Shown piece after piece: positions 62,551-64,000 of a stretch of 64,000 bases of DNA. The first letter of the stretch is position 1. The number at the start of each line of letters is the position of its first letter. The DNA lies in NCBI GenBank assembly GCA_030390025.1, contig CM059432.1:68016001-68080000 (forward strand). The letters are read 5' to 3'. The notes beneath the pieces are model-generated. The model searched no databases. It was given only the letters and a program-made list of their open reading frames with translations, and was not told where the DNA came from. Both the position numbers and the translations under genes were made by a program. Origin of the DNA: Squalus acanthias. Its lineage: Eukaryota.

Positions 62551-64000
62551 GCTTGGCAGCAAAATGGATTCACAGGTCTCTCCAGGCTGAGATTCAAGGC
62601 TGCAATGAGCAGGGTGTGGCTGGGGAGCAAGTGGCCCCCCCCGCTTTAAGAAGTGGCCGGCGCCAGTGTGTCTGTGTTCCCTCGCTAACTGGCAGCAGCT
62701 GCGCTGCGCTCGCGCGCTGAGTTAGCGCCTCACTCCTTGGCCTTTGCGCCTTAAGACAGGTGTGCAGCGCCTGCTTTAGCGCTCCACTCACCTCCCAGGG
62801 CGGTAAAAGTGAAGTTTCCAGTCAGTGCCGATAATTAGCGCCAGGCGCTAATTTTTGCATCCAGACGATATTTGCGCCCCAAATGGGGCGCGACCTAATT
62901 TCTACCCCTTTGTGTCTTAATGCGAGGAGCATTCGTAATAAGGTGGATGAATTAGCTGCACAAATAGATGTAAACGGATATGATATAATTGGGATTACGG
63001 AGACATGGCTCCAGGATGAACAAGTCTGGGAATTCAACATCCAGGGGTATTCAATATTCAGGAAGGACAGGCAAAAAGGAAAAGGAGGTGGGGTAGCATT
63101 GCTGGTTAAAGAGGAGATTAACACAATAGTAAGGAAGGATATTAGCTTTGATGATGTGGAATCTGTATGGGCAGAGCTGAGAAATACCAAGGGGCAGAAA
63201 ACATTAGTGGGAGTTGCATACAGACCCCCAAACAGTAATGCTGAGGTTGGGGATGGCATTAAACTGGGAAATTAGAGACGTGTGCAATAAGGGCACAGCA
63301 GTTATCATGGGTGACTTTAATCTACATATAGATTGGGCTAACCAAATTAGTAGCAATACTGTGGAGGAGGAATTCGGGATGGTTTCCTGGACCAATATGT
63401 TGAGGAACCAACTAGAGATCAGGCCATCTTAGACTGGGTATTATGTAATGAGAAAGGATTAATTCGCAATCTTGTTGTGCGAGGCCCCTTGGGGAGGAGC
63501 GATCATAATATGATAGAATTCTTCATTAAAATGGGGAGTGAAGTAGTTGACTCAGAGACTAGGGTCCTGAATTTAAATAAAAGAAACTGCGATTGTATGA
63601 GGCACGAGTTGGCTAGGATGGATTGGGGAACATTACTTAAAGGGTTGATGGTGGATAGGCAATGGCAAGCATTTAAAGATCACATGGATGAACTACAGAA
63701 TTTGTTCATCCCTGTTTGGCATATAAATAAAACAAAAAAGGTGACTCAACCGTGGCTAATAAGGGAAATTAGGGATAGCATAAGATCCAAGGAGAGGACA
63801 TATAATTTGGCCAGAAAAAGCAGCAAACCTGAGGATTGGGAACAGTTTAGGATTCAGCCAAGGAGGACAAAGGGATTAATTAAGAGGGGGAAAATAGATT
63901 ATGAGAGTAAGATTGCAGGGAACATAAAAACTGACTGTAGAAGCTTCTATAGATATGTGAAGAGAAAAAGATTGGTGAAGTCAAGCGTAGGTCCCTTGCA

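Larger units (their letters stand above)
58560..62908. mobile_element. Full-length PIF/Harbinger DNA transposon, 4349 bp
   Basis: TIRs GGGGTAAAAATT and AATTTCTACCCC, 3-bp TSD TTT, GCGCC-rich subtermini, convergent transposase and Myb/SANT genes. Confidence 0.95.
58035..64000 (+). mobile_element. CR1 LINE (ORF1 esterase end and ORF2 endonuclease), split by Harbinger and running off the window
   Basis: 'NTWLEEWC...FLGHWNQFWGR' and 'CLNARSIRNK...GITETW'. gaaggc-ttt-gtgtctt rejoins across the insertion. Confidence 0.9.

Overview
A vertebrate window with no recognisable host exon, made almost entirely of repeats. The HE1-type V-SINE, CR1 tails and DeuSINE-like SINEs suggest a cartilaginous fish (inference). 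1-28.7 kb is a nest of CR1, RTE and other LINE fragments, SINEs, solo LTRs and PIF/Harbinger derivatives, and two RTE copies there have 5' inversions of twin-priming type. 28.7-48.5 kb is a ~20 kb array of a 24-bp minisatellite with higher-order duplications, including a SINE triplicated at a 1966-bp period. 48.5-58 kb is an RT-deleted retrovirus-like element (tRNA-Arg PBS, PPPY gag, in-frame TGA-C gag-pol junction). Inserted into its gag is a second RT-less provirus with two LTRs, a tRNA-Ser PBS, a 5-bp TSD and an open gamma-type env TM. 58.6-62.9 kb is a full-length two-gene Harbinger transposon inside a CR1, with a frameshifted transposase and an apparently intact three-exon Myb/SANT gene. 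I found no clearly new biological system; the nested retrovirus pair is the best lead. All calls come from reading the sequence by eye, with no database searches.
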